DNA of 64,000 bases, from positions 11,405-75,404 of the forward strand of contig CAWBPS010000006.1 in the NCBI GenBank assembly GCA_963790645.1. The letters are read 5' to 3'. Under the pieces are notes generated by a model. It made no database searches and was not told the DNA's origin. It worked only from the letters and a program-made list of their open reading frames with translations. Both the position numbers and the translations under genes were made by a program. Below are positions 53,351 to 62,904 of this stretch, piece after piece (within the stretch, counting starts at the first letter, position 1; each line of letters starts with the position of its first letter). This stretch comes from Terriglobia bacterium (GTDB taxonomy: Bacteria > Acidobacteriota > Terriglobia > Terriglobales > Acidobacteriaceae).

Positions 53351-53489
53351 GCGCGAGCGCCTTCGCTCGTGCTCCCGCGGCACGGACCAAGCCCTTCGCA
53401 ACTACATCATCCCAGATGGAACGACCTTGGACGCTGGCGCGGAGTCGTCCGTGGCACTGCAGCACGAGCGGGACGCTCGCGCCCACATT
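53344..53489. repeat. Family A palindromic element, copy A3
   Basis: The arms are AATGTAGGCGCGAGCGCCTTCGCTCGTGC ... GCACGAGCGGGACGCTCGCGCCCACATT. The left head supplies the final ATG codon and the TAG stop of the SRPBCC gene. Confidence 0.85.
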
Positions 53490-53495
53490 CACAAT

Positions 53496-53870
53496 TTACC
53501 TGCTGGGCTCGACCACTACTGCCGTCCCGTAAGCCAGCACTTCGGTGACGCCCTGCATCACTTCGGTGGCATCGTAACGCGCGCCAACCACCGCGTTGCC
53601 GCCCAGTTCAGCGGAATGCTGCAGCATCAGATCGAAAGCCTCTGCCCGGGTCTTCTCGCACAACTGGGTGAGAAGAGTGATATTGCCGCCGAGAATGGTT
53701 TGCAGGCTCGCCCCGATTGTTCCGAAGATCGAGCGGGAGCGCACCACAATGCCGCGCACCACGCCCAGCGTGCGCACTACGCGAAAGCCGTCGAGCTCGA
53801 ATTGCGTGGTCACCATGTTGTGGGCGACCATCCGTCCGGACGTACCGTAGCCTGTGGACATCGTGTTCAT
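53496..53870 (-). CDS. YbjQ-family (UPF0145) protein
   Basis: [26 protein letters not shown]...[14 protein letters not shown] at 53870 follows AGGAGG. Confidence 0.85.
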   Translation of the reverse strand: MNTMSTGYGTSGRMVAHNMVTTQFELDGFRVVRTLGVVRGIVVRSRSIFGTIGASLQTILGGNITLLTQLCEKTRAEAFDLMLQHSAELGGNAVVGARYDATEVMQGVTEVLAYGTAVVVEPSR

Positions 53871-53908
53871 CCTTCCTCCTGGAAGTTTGTCGTGCCGCTT
53901 CGCAGCTA

Positions 53909-54094
53909 CTATAACGATTCCAGCTGCGCTGTAATCACAAATTCGTGTTCTCCTGTGTCGTACTGCACGCGCAACACATTCGGCTTGCAGCACACCTGGC
54001 AATCTTCCACGTAAGACTGATTGCGTCCCGCGGATTCGTCCACCGTAGTCTGGTTCCACTCGCCACAGCCGGCGCATTGGAATCCGGTTTCCAT
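53909..54094 (-). CDS. CPXCG-motif cysteine-rich small protein
   Basis: [15 protein letters not shown]...[15 protein letters not shown] at 54094 chosen. Confidence 0.7.
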   Translation of the reverse strand: METGFQCAGCGEWNQTTVDESAGRNQSYVEDCQVCCKPNVLRVQYDTGEHEFVITAQLESL

Positions 54095-54203
54095 CACTGC
54101 CTCATTTTCAATTTTCCGATGCTGCTTGCCAATTGCATATCGGAAGACCCCTATAATGGCGGTTCGATTAGTCACACGGGGGTTGGGTCAAGTGGAGGAA
54201 TTC

Positions 54204-55493
54204 ATGGTTTCACGGCGCCACTTTTTGCAGGCTGGGACAATTACCGCTGGTGCGAGTCTGGCAGGGTTCACATCGCCGCTCTACGCAGAGGACGCATGCG
54301 CCCCCCTGCCGCCCTCGATCGCCAGCCTGAAATCGATGAAAGACAAAGCCAGGCCCATCACGGTTGACGAAAGAGCGGCACGCCAGGAAGAGGCGCGGCA
54401 GCTCATGGCGGCCAACCGCCTCGACGCGATTCTTCTGGCCGATGGCACGTCGCTCAACTACTTTGCCGGAGTGCAATGGTGGGGCAGCGAACGCCTGTTT
54501 GCCCTGGTGCTGCCGGCCAAGGGTCACCAGCTCTGTGTATGCCCTGCATTCGAGGAAGGCCGGGCCCGCGAGTTGCTGGCAAATTCTCCGGAGGGGAAGA
54601 ATGCCGACGTGCGCACCTGGCAGGAGGACCAGAATCCCTACCAACTCCTGGCGCAGGGATTTACAGACCTGAAAATCTCCGCCGGCAGGCTGGGTATGGA
54701 AGAATCCGTGCGCTTTGTCTTCAGCGATGCCATCGCAAAAGCTGCGCCGCGATTGCAGATTGTGAGCGCCACCCCGGTCACCGCGGGTTGCCGCATGATC
54801 AAGAGTGACCATGAACTTGAGCTGATGCGACTGGCGAACCAGGTCACGCTGACGGCCTATCGTGCCGCCCACAAGACATTGCATGACGGGATGCCGCAGG
54901 CGGAACTCGAAAGAATGATCATGGCCGCCTACAGTCAACTGGGATTTTCCGGCGAAGTAGATATAGAGATCGCCGAGAATTCATCTTTCCCGCACGGCTC
55001 GATTGTGCCGCAGGTGATTCGCGAAGGCACCCTGGTGATGCTGGACGACGGCTGCACCGTCGAGGGCTATCAATCCGATATCACACGCACCTTCGTATTC
55101 GGCAAACCTTCAGACAAGATGAAGAGAGTATTTGAGACTGTGCATCGTGCGCAGACCGCCGCATTGAAAGCAGCCCGTCCCGGCGCGGAATGCCAGGCGG
55201 TGGATACAGCAGCGCGAAAAGTAGTCAGCGATGCCGGATTTGGTCCAGACTACAAATTCTTCACCCACCGCGTGGGGCACGGAATCGGCATGGACGGCCA
55301 CGAGTGGCCTTATCTGGTGCGAGGCAACACCACGCCGCTGGCCCGCGGCATGACCTTCAGCGATGAGCCGGGCGTCTACATCCCGGGCGAATTCGGAGTG
55401 CGCCTGGAAGATGACATGCACATCACGGAAGATGGAGCGGAACTGTTCACACCGCAGAGCCCGTCACTGGAAGATCCTTTCGGAGCAGCGTAA
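54204..55493 (+). CDS. M24-family Xaa-Pro peptidase with TAT signal
   Basis: TAT signal SRRHFLQAGTITAGASLAG and a pita-bread fold (MLDDGCTVEGYQSDITRTF, HRVGHGIGMDGHE, FSDEPGVY, VRLEDDM). Confidence 0.85.
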   Translation: MVSRRHFLQAGTITAGASLAGFTSPLYAEDACAPLPPSIASLKSMKDKARPITVDERAARQEEARQLMAANRLDAILLADGTSLNYFAGVQWWGSERLFALVLPAKGHQLCVCPAFEEGRARELLANSPEGKNADVRTWQEDQNPYQLLAQGFTDLKISAGRLGMEESVRFVFSDAIAKAAPRLQIVSATPVTAGCRMIKSDHELELMRLANQVTLTAYRAAHKTLHDGMPQAELERMIMAAYSQLGFSGEVDIEIAENSSFPHGSIVPQVIREGTLVMLDDGCTVEGYQSDITRTFVFGKPSDKMKRVFETVHRAQTAALKAARPGAECQAVDTAARKVVSDAGFGPDYKFFTHRVGHGIGMDGHEWPYLVRGNTTPLARGMTFSDEPGVYIPGEFGVRLEDDMHITEDGAELFTPQSPSLEDPFGAA

Positions 55494-55521
55494 ACTCCTC
55501 CCCGCCAAAAATCTCTCACGT

Positions 55522-55723
55522 GTCATCCTGAGCGGAGTGCTGTCCATTCGCTCCGCGAATGGACAGACGGAGTCGAAGGACCCCTATACGCTCGCGGTCG
55601 CTGAGATTTCGTGGGGAGGCGCCGGTGAACACGCCCGTGCCAATCGGCTTTGATCCAGCTATAGGGGTCCTTCGACTGCGTGACTGCTTCGCAAAGCGAA
55701 GCAGTCATTCCGCTCAGGATGAC
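55522..55723. repeat. Family C cruciform element, copy C4
   Basis: The element reads GTCATCCTGAGCG-[CTGTCCATTCGC TCC GCGAATGGACAG]-ACGGAGTCGAAGGACCCCTAT ... ATAGGGGTCCTTCGAC-[TGACTGCTTCGC AAA GCGAAGCAGTCA]-TTCCGCTCAGGATGAC. Confidence 0.9.
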
Positions 55724-55736
55724 AAATCAGAAGAAA

Positions 55737-56336
55737 TTAAGCTTCGGGTACGGGAGGGCATCCCGGGAAGGTGAGCAGGTAGGTGTTGCCCACGTAGCCC
55801 AGATACTTGATGCCGATCTCGCTGGTGAAGAATCCGTCGGCGGTCATCTCCCGCAGAAATGCAAAAAACTCAACGCCCTGGCTTAGACCAGGATCTTTCT
55901 CTGCATTCTTGCAATAGGCGATCAGGTCGAGAATCTCCTTTTGCTGGGCCGGCAAACAGTCGAGATAAGCTTTGCCATAACGGTCAGTGCACTGCGCCTC
56001 CAGCCACATCATGCCGCCGCCGAGTTTCAGCTGATAGTCAGGATTCTCACTGGTCAGCAGGTCGATAAACTCCGGCGCGCCCGCTTCCCTGGCTCCACCG
56101 GAATCAGCGTCTGCGGGAATGATGGCCTGGCAGAGCGCCTGCAGCGTCTTATATTGCTGCGGCGAGAAAAATTTCGGAGTATAGACGCCCGCTGTGGTGG
56201 CGGCCTTCTCCGTTGCCACCATGTGGTGCGCGTATTCGGCGGCCTGCGCCGGAATCACGCGCAGGACTGAGCCGGCCATCGCTCCCATGGTCAGGGTCTT
56301 AAGAATGTCGCGACGCGAGATGGACTTGGTTGCCAT
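55737..56336 (-). CDS. Gluconate 2-dehydrogenase subunit 3-family small subunit (TAT signal)
   Basis: SRRDILKTLTMGAMAGS is a TAT signal. The 199-aa protein lies immediately downstream of a GMC oxidoreductase. Confidence 0.8.
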   Translation of the reverse strand: MATKSISRRDILKTLTMGAMAGSVLRVIPAQAAEYAHHMVATEKAATTAGVYTPKFFSPQQYKTLQALCQAIIPADADSGGAREAGAPEFIDLLTSENPDYQLKLGGGMMWLEAQCTDRYGKAYLDCLPAQQKEILDLIAYCKNAEKDPGLSQGVEFFAFLREMTADGFFTSEIGIKYLGYVGNTYLLTFPGCPPVPEA

Positions 56337-56345
56337 GTTTTCTTC

Positions 56346-58052
56346 CTAAAGACTTCCCTTCTTCGCCTGATCGATCAGGTATTCTGACGTGCGCCAGGAG
56401 AGCGCCATGATGGTGAGCGTCGGGTTCTTGTCCGGATTGGTCACGAACGATGCGGCATCGGTGACAAACACATTGTTCACGTCGTGGGCCTGGGAGTACT
56501 TGTTGAGCACCGAAGTTTTGGGATTGTTCCCCATGCGCGCAGTGCCCAGTTCGTGGATGATCACGCCGCCGTCCTCGATTCCGTAGGGATGGCGGCCTTC
56601 AGGTTTTACTTTGCTGATGAAGGTCCCGCCCGCCGTTTCGACGATCGAGCGGAAGGTTTCCTGCATGTCCTTGGCCATGTTGATTTCGTTATCGCTCCAC
56701 TGCCAGTGGAAGCGCAACACCGGGATTCCCCACTGGTCCACGGTGTCGGGATCGATATCGCAGTAGCTATGTTCGTTGGGGATCATTTCGCCGCGCCCGG
56801 CGAAACCGATGTAGGTGCCGTACCGGCTGCGGCAGTACTGCTTGAGGGACGCGCCGTATCCTTCGTGCTCTTTGCACGTGTCCTCGAATTCGCCCACGCC
56901 GGGCATGCCCCGGCCACCGCCAAACTCGATGTGGTAGCCGCGCAGAAAATCATTCTTGCGGTCGTATCTCCACCACGGCATGTACAAGTGCATGCCGCCC
57001 ACGCCGTCGTGATTGTGGGGCGGCATTTTCTCCAGCTGCGGAAAATATCCGCCAGCGGAACTTCCGACCGAGTCCGTCAGGTAACGGCCGACCGCGCCGG
57101 AAGAATTGGCCAGACCGTCGGGAAACAAAGTAGAGCGGGAATTCAGCAGGAGGCGTGCCGACTCGCAGGCGCTCGCAGCCACCACAAAGGCCCGGGCATG
57201 CACCCGCTTTTCGGAATGCGTGGCTTTGTCGATGTAAGCCACGGCTTCGGCTTTGCCATCTTTTCCCACCACGATCTCGCGAGCCATGGCGCCCGTGACC
57301 AGAGTGAGCCGTCCGGTGGCTTGCGCCGGCGGAATCATGACTTGGCTGGAACTGAAGTTCGAAGCCGTCAGGCAGCCGCGGCCGCACTGGGCGCAGTAAT
57401 GGCAGGCAGCGCGCCCGTTCAGCGGCTTGGTGAGGATCGCCAGCCGCGAGGGCACGCAGGGAATGTTTAATTTGTCGCAGGCCTTCTTGATGATGGTTTC
57501 GGTGCAACGCGGCGGAGGCGGCGGCAGAAAAATTCCGTCCGGCGCGCTGGGAATATTCTCCTTACTCCCGAACACGCCGATGTAGGACTCCACCTTGTCG
57601 TAGTAAGGCGAAACTTCTTCGTAGGTGATGGGCCAGTCGTCGCCCATGCCATCGGTGGAGCGGGACCTGAAATCCACCGGGGCAAAGCGGAGAGCGATGC
57701 GTCCCCAATGATTGGTGCGCCCGCCCACAATGCGGGAGCGGAACCAGCGGAATTGCGATCCCGCCGCGGAAGTGTAGGGTTCGCCTTCGATTTCCCAGGC
57801 TCCATTGGGCGCAATGAATTCGTCGTTCAGTTCATGGCGGTGCTCGCCGCCGACACCAACCCCGCGATGCGGCAGCTGGTAGGGCCACATGTGCTCTTTG
57901 AAATCCTTTTCCGGATTCAGCGGCGGGCCCGCTTCCAGCATCACGACATTCAATCCGCCTTCGGTGAGCACTTTGGCGGCGGTGCCGCCTCCCGCACCCG
58001 ATCCAATGATGCAGACGTCATACACTTTCGGGGAACGAACGACTTGTGCCAT
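56346..58052 (-). CDS. GMC-family FAD-dependent oxidoreductase
   Basis: YDVCIIGSGAGGGTAAKVL (FAD fold) and the C-terminal GMC domain (HELGTARMG..., NVFVTDAASF). Confidence 0.9.
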   Translation of the reverse strand: MAQVVRSPKVYDVCIIGSGAGGGTAAKVLTEGGLNVVMLEAGPPLNPEKDFKEHMWPYQLPHRGVGVGGEHRHELNDEFIAPNGAWEIEGEPYTSAAGSQFRWFRSRIVGGRTNHWGRIALRFAPVDFRSRSTDGMGDDWPITYEEVSPYYDKVESYIGVFGSKENIPSAPDGIFLPPPPPRCTETIIKKACDKLNIPCVPSRLAILTKPLNGRAACHYCAQCGRGCLTASNFSSSQVMIPPAQATGRLTLVTGAMAREIVVGKDGKAEAVAYIDKATHSEKRVHARAFVVAASACESARLLLNSRSTLFPDGLANSSGAVGRYLTDSVGSSAGGYFPQLEKMPPHNHDGVGGMHLYMPWWRYDRKNDFLRGYHIEFGGGRGMPGVGEFEDTCKEHEGYGASLKQYCRSRYGTYIGFAGRGEMIPNEHSYCDIDPDTVDQWGIPVLRFHWQWSDNEINMAKDMQETFRSIVETAGGTFISKVKPEGRHPYGIEDGGVIIHELGTARMGNNPKTSVLNKYSQAHDVNNVFVTDAASFVTNPDKNPTLTIMALSWRTSEYLIDQAKKGSL

Positions 58053-58079
58053 CAGGCTCTCCGGGAACGATTTTGACCG

Positions 58080-58922
58080 CTAAAAGCGCACCTTCGCCAG
58101 GTATTCATAACTCGTCTTGATGCTGGCAAACGGGTCCTTGGGATGATCATGCTCGACGAAGTAATGCTTGATGCCGGCTTTTTCGGATTGGGCGAAAATC
58201 TTTTTCCAGTCGATCATCCCACTGCCCACTTCCGTCATTTCGTCCAGCGAGTCGCCGAAATTCTGCCCTCCGGAGGCGTCTGTTTTCGGGATCTTCGTCA
58301 GGTCCTTCACGTGCACCAGCGGGAAGCGTCCCGGATAGCGCTTGAAATACTTCAACGGGTCCTGCCCGCCCACCATGATCCAGCACAGGTCCATCTCCAT
58401 CTTCACCAGCTTGGGATCGCACTCTTCCAGCAGAATGTCGTAAGGAAGTTTACCGTTGACCGGCGCGAATTCGAACCAGTGATTGTGATACGCGAATTGA
58501 ATTCCTGCCTTCTGGCAGGCTTCTCCGGCCCGATTAAAAGTTTCCGCGGCATGCTTCCAGCCATCGGGCCCTTTGCGTACGTCGTCGTCAATGTAGGGAT
58601 TGACCAGATACTGGTGGCCCACCACGTGGGCGGCATCCAGCACGCTGGGAAACTCGGCGCCCAGGCTTTTGTATGGTATGTGCGCGGAGGGGCCGGTCAG
58701 TCCGTGGCGGTCGAGCATGGCCCGCACCTCCTGGGGAGAGTGGTCATCGTAGCCGGCGAACTCGACTTCGCGATAACCGATTTCGGCGACTTTCGCCAGC
58801 TTGCCCTCGAAGTCGTCCTTCATCACGCTGCGGATGGTATAGAGCTGCAGCCCGACTTTATCGATCTTGTGGTCACCCGCGGCCCAGGAAAGCTGGCGTG
58901 ACAGAATCGTCGCCGCCGTCAT
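58080..58922 (-). CDS. Sugar phosphate isomerase/epimerase (xylose-isomerase-like TIM barrel)
   Basis: VGLQLYTIR...GYREVEFAGY...HNHWFEF...VEHD pattern. An RRKFL twin-arginine motif lies in-frame just upstream of the first ATG (see finding). Confidence 0.85.
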   Translation of the reverse strand: MTAATILSRQLSWAAGDHKIDKVGLQLYTIRSVMKDDFEGKLAKVAEIGYREVEFAGYDDHSPQEVRAMLDRHGLTGPSAHIPYKSLGAEFPSVLDAAHVVGHQYLVNPYIDDDVRKGPDGWKHAAETFNRAGEACQKAGIQFAYHNHWFEFAPVNGKLPYDILLEECDPKLVKMEMDLCWIMVGGQDPLKYFKRYPGRFPLVHVKDLTKIPKTDASGGQNFGDSLDEMTEVGSGMIDWKKIFAQSEKAGIKHYFVEHDHPKDPFASIKTSYEYLAKVRF

Positions 58923-58949
58923 CGTACCCAGAAACTTTCGTCGGTCCTA

Positions 58950-60635
58950 TTAGATTTCTCCTCGCTTCATCTGGCTGACAGCATAGTCGCAGGCCCGCGC
59001 CGTGAGGGCCATGTAGGTAAGAGAAGGGTTGACGCAGGAAGATGACGCCATGCAGGCGCCATCGGTGACAAAAAGATTGTTGGCGTCGTGCGCCTGGTTG
59101 TGGGCATTCAGCACCGAAGTTTTCGGGTCGCGTCCCATACGCGCCGTGCCCATCTCGTGAATAGTGAGCCCGGGGGCGTTGTCCTCGATGAAAGGTTCGA
59201 TGTCCCTCGCCCCGGCCGCAGAAAGCATTTCCGCCGCCGTAATCGACATGTCTTTCAGCAGGGCGCGTTCGTTCTCCCGCCAGGCGCAACTGATCCGGAG
59301 CACCGGAATGCCCCAGGCGTCCACCGTGGTCTTGTCGAGTTCGACAAAATTTTCGTGGTTTGGGAGACATTCGCCGAATCCGTAAAATGACATCGTCCAC
59401 GGTCCGGGCCGCCTCAGAGTGTGCTTGAAATTCGCTCCGAAGCCTCGCATCTCCGTGCCCCGCTCCCACTTCGGCCGGCTGGCGCTGCCCTGAAAACCGT
59501 ATCCCCGAAGAAACATCGGATGTTTCTGTTTCACGTTGCGGAAGCGAGGAACGTAAATTCCATTGGGACGGTTTCCCAGTGATATGTGGTCTTCGTTTCC
59601 CGGAATGCGTCCAGTGGCGCCGGCACCCATGCAGTGGTCCATGACATTGTGCCCCAACTCTCCGCTGGAATTAGCCAGACCGTTGGGAAATTCAGGAGTG
59701 GCGGAGTTGAGCAGAATACGGGCCGACTCCAGCGCCGAAGCGCACAGGAAGACAATGCGGGCGCGAAACTCGATGGTGTCACGCGTCTGCCCATCGATCA
59801 CGCGCACCCCTGTGATTTTCCTTTTTTTCGAATCGAACATCAGGCTGTGCACCACGCTGTGCGGACGTACCGTCACTTTGCCGGTGGTCAGGGCAGCGGG
59901 CAAAGTCGAGTTCAGGCTGCTGAAGTAAGAGCGGGTGATGCAGCCGCGGGCGCACGGCCCGCAGTAGTGGCAGGGCGCCCGCCCCTTGTGCGGCTGGGTC
60001 AGGATCGCGGTGCGCCCGATGGTCATGAGGCGCTCGCCCGCGAAATATTTGGCGATGGCATCCTTGACCACGACTTCCGCACAATTCAATTCCATGCCCG
60101 GCAAAAAATGGCCATCGGGCAACTGCGGAAGTCCCTCGCGCTGGCCGGAGACGCCGATGAAATCTTCCACGTAGTCGTACCAGGGAGCAATTTCCTTGTA
60201 CCGGATCGGCCAATCCACGCCCAGGCCCTCGCGTTGGTTGGCTTCAAAATCAAGATCGCTCCAGCGGTACGATTGCCGTCCCCAGATGATCGACCGGCCG
60301 CCCACCTGGCGTCCGCGAATCCACAAGAAGGGTTTGCCCGGCTCGGTCTTGTAAGGATTCTGCTTGTCGTTGACGAAGAACTTGCTGTTCCACTCGTCCA
60401 TTCCGCTGCAGGTTTCCTGCACCGGCTGGTTTTCCTGCACCCTCCGGCGGTCGCTCATCCCGCGATAGCGCACTTCCCACTCGGGCACATGTTCGGCGTA
60501 GTCCTTGTCGGGATCGATGGGGCGCCCGGCCTCGAGAACCAGCGTCTCCAGTCCCTTTTCGCCCAGTTCCTTCGCGGCCCATCCTCCGGTGATTCCCGAG
60601 CCCACCACGATTGCGTCGTATGTCTTGGCTGCCAT
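58950..60635 (-). CDS. GMC-family FAD-dependent oxidoreductase (paralog)
   Basis: YDAIVVGSGITGGWAAKEL and HEMGTARMG...NLFVTDGACM. ATG at 60635 chosen. Confidence 0.9.
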   Translation of the reverse strand: MAAKTYDAIVVGSGITGGWAAKELGEKGLETLVLEAGRPIDPDKDYAEHVPEWEVRYRGMSDRRRVQENQPVQETCSGMDEWNSKFFVNDKQNPYKTEPGKPFLWIRGRQVGGRSIIWGRQSYRWSDLDFEANQREGLGVDWPIRYKEIAPWYDYVEDFIGVSGQREGLPQLPDGHFLPGMELNCAEVVVKDAIAKYFAGERLMTIGRTAILTQPHKGRAPCHYCGPCARGCITRSYFSSLNSTLPAALTTGKVTVRPHSVVHSLMFDSKKRKITGVRVIDGQTRDTIEFRARIVFLCASALESARILLNSATPEFPNGLANSSGELGHNVMDHCMGAGATGRIPGNEDHISLGNRPNGIYVPRFRNVKQKHPMFLRGYGFQGSASRPKWERGTEMRGFGANFKHTLRRPGPWTMSFYGFGECLPNHENFVELDKTTVDAWGIPVLRISCAWRENERALLKDMSITAAEMLSAAGARDIEPFIEDNAPGLTIHEMGTARMGRDPKTSVLNAHNQAHDANNLFVTDGACMASSSCVNPSLTYMALTARACDYAVSQMKRGEI

Positions 60636-60637
60636 GC

Positions 60638-61225
60638 TTACTTCGCCGCCTCCTCTTCCAGAGGGACGCAAGCGGCATGGCGCGAGGGAATGATCTGCCC
60701 ATGAAGTTCCTGCTCAAACCCGATCTGTGAAGTGTAGTAACCAACCAGCGTGAGCTGCTTGATCATGAAAAAGAAATTGTGTTCCGGCGGGCGCCTGCGC
60801 CTGCGTCTGGGCTCAGGTTCGGCGCGAGTCGCGGCCAACTCATCATCCAGTGCCTGGAGAATTTCGGTCTGCGATTTCGCCTCGCAATCAACGAAATCCT
60901 TGCCGAACAAGTCCCGCGCGCGCGCGTCAACATCCGTCAGGCCGGTCATGAAGATCGATTTCTCTTCCTCGTCGTACCACTCGGTAAGGATCAGGTCGAT
61001 GAATTCGTTTACCCGCGCGGCCTTCGCGCCCGGAGTGTCGGTTTGCGGGATGATGAGTTCGGAGATGATTGTGACGGTCGCGTCCTGATGGGGATCGAGG
61101 CTCTTCAGTACAGGCTGATCGGGAAGCTGTTCGTGCACCGCCCGGAACATCGAAAACGCTTCCCGCGACAGCAGCGGCAGGGCCGCGGCCGAGGCCAGGA
61201 GTCGTAACGCTTCGCGTCTTTGCAT
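60638..61225 (-). CDS. Gluconate 2-dehydrogenase subunit 3-family small subunit (TAT signal)
   Basis: MQRREALRLLASAAALPLLS. It ends 2 nt before the GMC start. Confidence 0.8.
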   Translation of the reverse strand: MQRREALRLLASAAALPLLSREAFSMFRAVHEQLPDQPVLKSLDPHQDATVTIISELIIPQTDTPGAKAARVNEFIDLILTEWYDEEEKSIFMTGLTDVDARARDLFGKDFVDCEAKSQTEILQALDDELAATRAEPEPRRRRRRPPEHNFFFMIKQLTLVGYYTSQIGFEQELHGQIIPSRHAACVPLEEEAAK

Positions 61226-61303
61226 GCCTGCTCCCGAAAATTCGCGGAAAGGGCAGCTTACGCCGTCGCGGGAAGCGAGGTCAACGGCTTACGCGTGATA
61301 TCT

Positions 61304-61450
61304 GTCATCCCGAGCGCAGTCTCGAGCCGCGCTTGCGCGGTGAGAGCAAGTCGAGGGACCCCTGCGCTACCACAAATCTATCCGTTCATAGGGGCCCTTC
61401 GACTCCGTAAGTGCTTCGCGAGGCGAAGCACTTACTTCGCTCAGGATGAC
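61304..61450. repeat. Family C cruciform element, copy C5 (diverged)
   Basis: The element reads GTCATCCCGAGCG...GTCGAGGGACCCCTG ... TAGGGGCCCTTCGAC-[AAGTGCTTCGC GAG GCGAAGCACTT]-ACTTCGCTCAGGATGAC. Confidence 0.85.
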
Positions 61451-61463
61451 GGCGGTGGGGTGG

Positions 61464-62591
61464 TTACGTCGTTCCCAGAATTTCGTTCCTGACATTCTTC
61501 AGCACGTACAGCGCCCGCTCCACTCCCACTTCGCCGGAGAGAATCGGATCTTCATTCTCGACGCTGAAAATGCCCTGGAATCCGACGTCCATATACGCTC
61601 GCATAATTTCTTTCCAGGTGCCGGCGCTGTGTCCGTAACCTACGGCCCGGAATGTCTCCGAAGCCTGCGCAAGGTCGCTCTTGTCGGAGGAGAAGTTAAG
61701 CACGCCATATCGATCGACGTTATGTTTGTAGAAGGTCGTGTCTTTCATGTGGGCGTGGAAGAGCGCGCCAGCCTTGCCCAGCATGTGAATGACCTCGACC
61801 GCATCGCACTGCTGCCAGAAAAGATGGCTGAGATCGCAGTTGGCCCCGATCTCTTCGCCCACGGCCTCGCGCAGACGCAGCAGCGTCTTGGGGTTATAGA
61901 CCACAAAATTCGGGTGCATCTCGAGCGCGATCTTGTGAATGCCGTGGTCGCGGGCAAACTTGGCCGCCTGCTTCCAGAACGGAATGACTTTTTCTTTCCA
62001 CTGCCAGTCAAGCATTTGCCCATACTCCGGCGGCCAGCGATAGGTCACCCAGTTGGGCATGGTGTCGGTAGGGCTGCCGCCGGGACAGCCGGAGAACCCT
62101 ACGATCACGCTCACTCCAAGGCGTTCGGCCAGCAGCACAGTGCGGCGGAAAGATTCCGCATCGCGCTCTGCAATTTTGGGATCGGGTGACACCGGGTTGC
62201 CGTGGCAACTGAACGTCGCCACCTGGATGTTGCGGTCCTCGAATTTCTTCTTCCATGCCTTCGCTTTGGCGGGATCGTCCAGCAGGTCCTTCACCGGACA
62301 GTGAGTTGAATTGGGATAGCCGCCGGTGCCGATCTCAACCGCCTCCACGCCCCAGGCGGCGAACTTGTCGATCATTTCTTCGGTGGACAGATTAGGGAAC
62401 GCAGGATCGAAGACGCCGATCGGAATCTTGCGCAGCGTGCCCGGTGTCACAGGCTTTTCACCCGACTGCGGGGCCGGATCGCCGGCCAGCGCGGAAGCGG
62501 CCCGCGGCGTTGCCGCCGCCACCGCCAGCAGGCTGGAAGTTGCAAGAAAATCTCTTCGACTATGGGAGGTGGGCGCGGACTTCTTATCCAT
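61464..62591 (-). CDS. Sugar phosphate isomerase/epimerase TIM-barrel protein with TAT signal
   Basis: SRRDFLATSSLLAVAAATPRAASA is a TAT signal, followed by a xylose-isomerase-like barrel (VEIGTGGYP, LEMHPNF). Confidence 0.85.
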   Translation of the reverse strand: MDKKSAPTSHSRRDFLATSSLLAVAAATPRAASALAGDPAPQSGEKPVTPGTLRKIPIGVFDPAFPNLSTEEMIDKFAAWGVEAVEIGTGGYPNSTHCPVKDLLDDPAKAKAWKKKFEDRNIQVATFSCHGNPVSPDPKIAERDAESFRRTVLLAERLGVSVIVGFSGCPGGSPTDTMPNWVTYRWPPEYGQMLDWQWKEKVIPFWKQAAKFARDHGIHKIALEMHPNFVVYNPKTLLRLREAVGEEIGANCDLSHLFWQQCDAVEVIHMLGKAGALFHAHMKDTTFYKHNVDRYGVLNFSSDKSDLAQASETFRAVGYGHSAGTWKEIMRAYMDVGFQGIFSVENEDPILSGEVGVERALYVLKNVRNEILGTT

Positions 62592-62702
62592 GGCATGTCC
62601 CCGGGCGCTGGTTTGATAGGTGTGAGTACCGCGCCCGCATTATACGCATGCGGCGAACCAACCATCCACCAGGGACCACGCAGGGGCGGATGCCCCTCGG
62701 AC

Positions 62703-62836
62703 CACGTGGAGACAGCCGCCCTCGGCTGTCTGGCGGAGCAGGGCTCCGCTGTTTCCGACAACGATCAAGATCCGCCGGCGAGAAGATTCGTCGAGCTACG
62801 CTCGACCAGACAGCCGAGGGCGGCTGTCTCCACGTG
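62703..62836. repeat. Family B REP-like element, copy B3
   Basis: The termini are CACGTGGAGACAGCCGCCCTCGGCTGTC ... GACAGCCGAGGGCGGCTGTCTCCACGTG. Internal hairpins are GCGGAGC AGG GCTCCGC and GTCGAGC TAC GCTCGAC. Confidence 0.85.
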
Positions 62837-62904
62837 ATCTCAGGGCTCCCAGGCGCTCCGTTGAGTTGACAAGAACGGCGCTTTCTACCATGCTTTTGTG
62901 CCCC

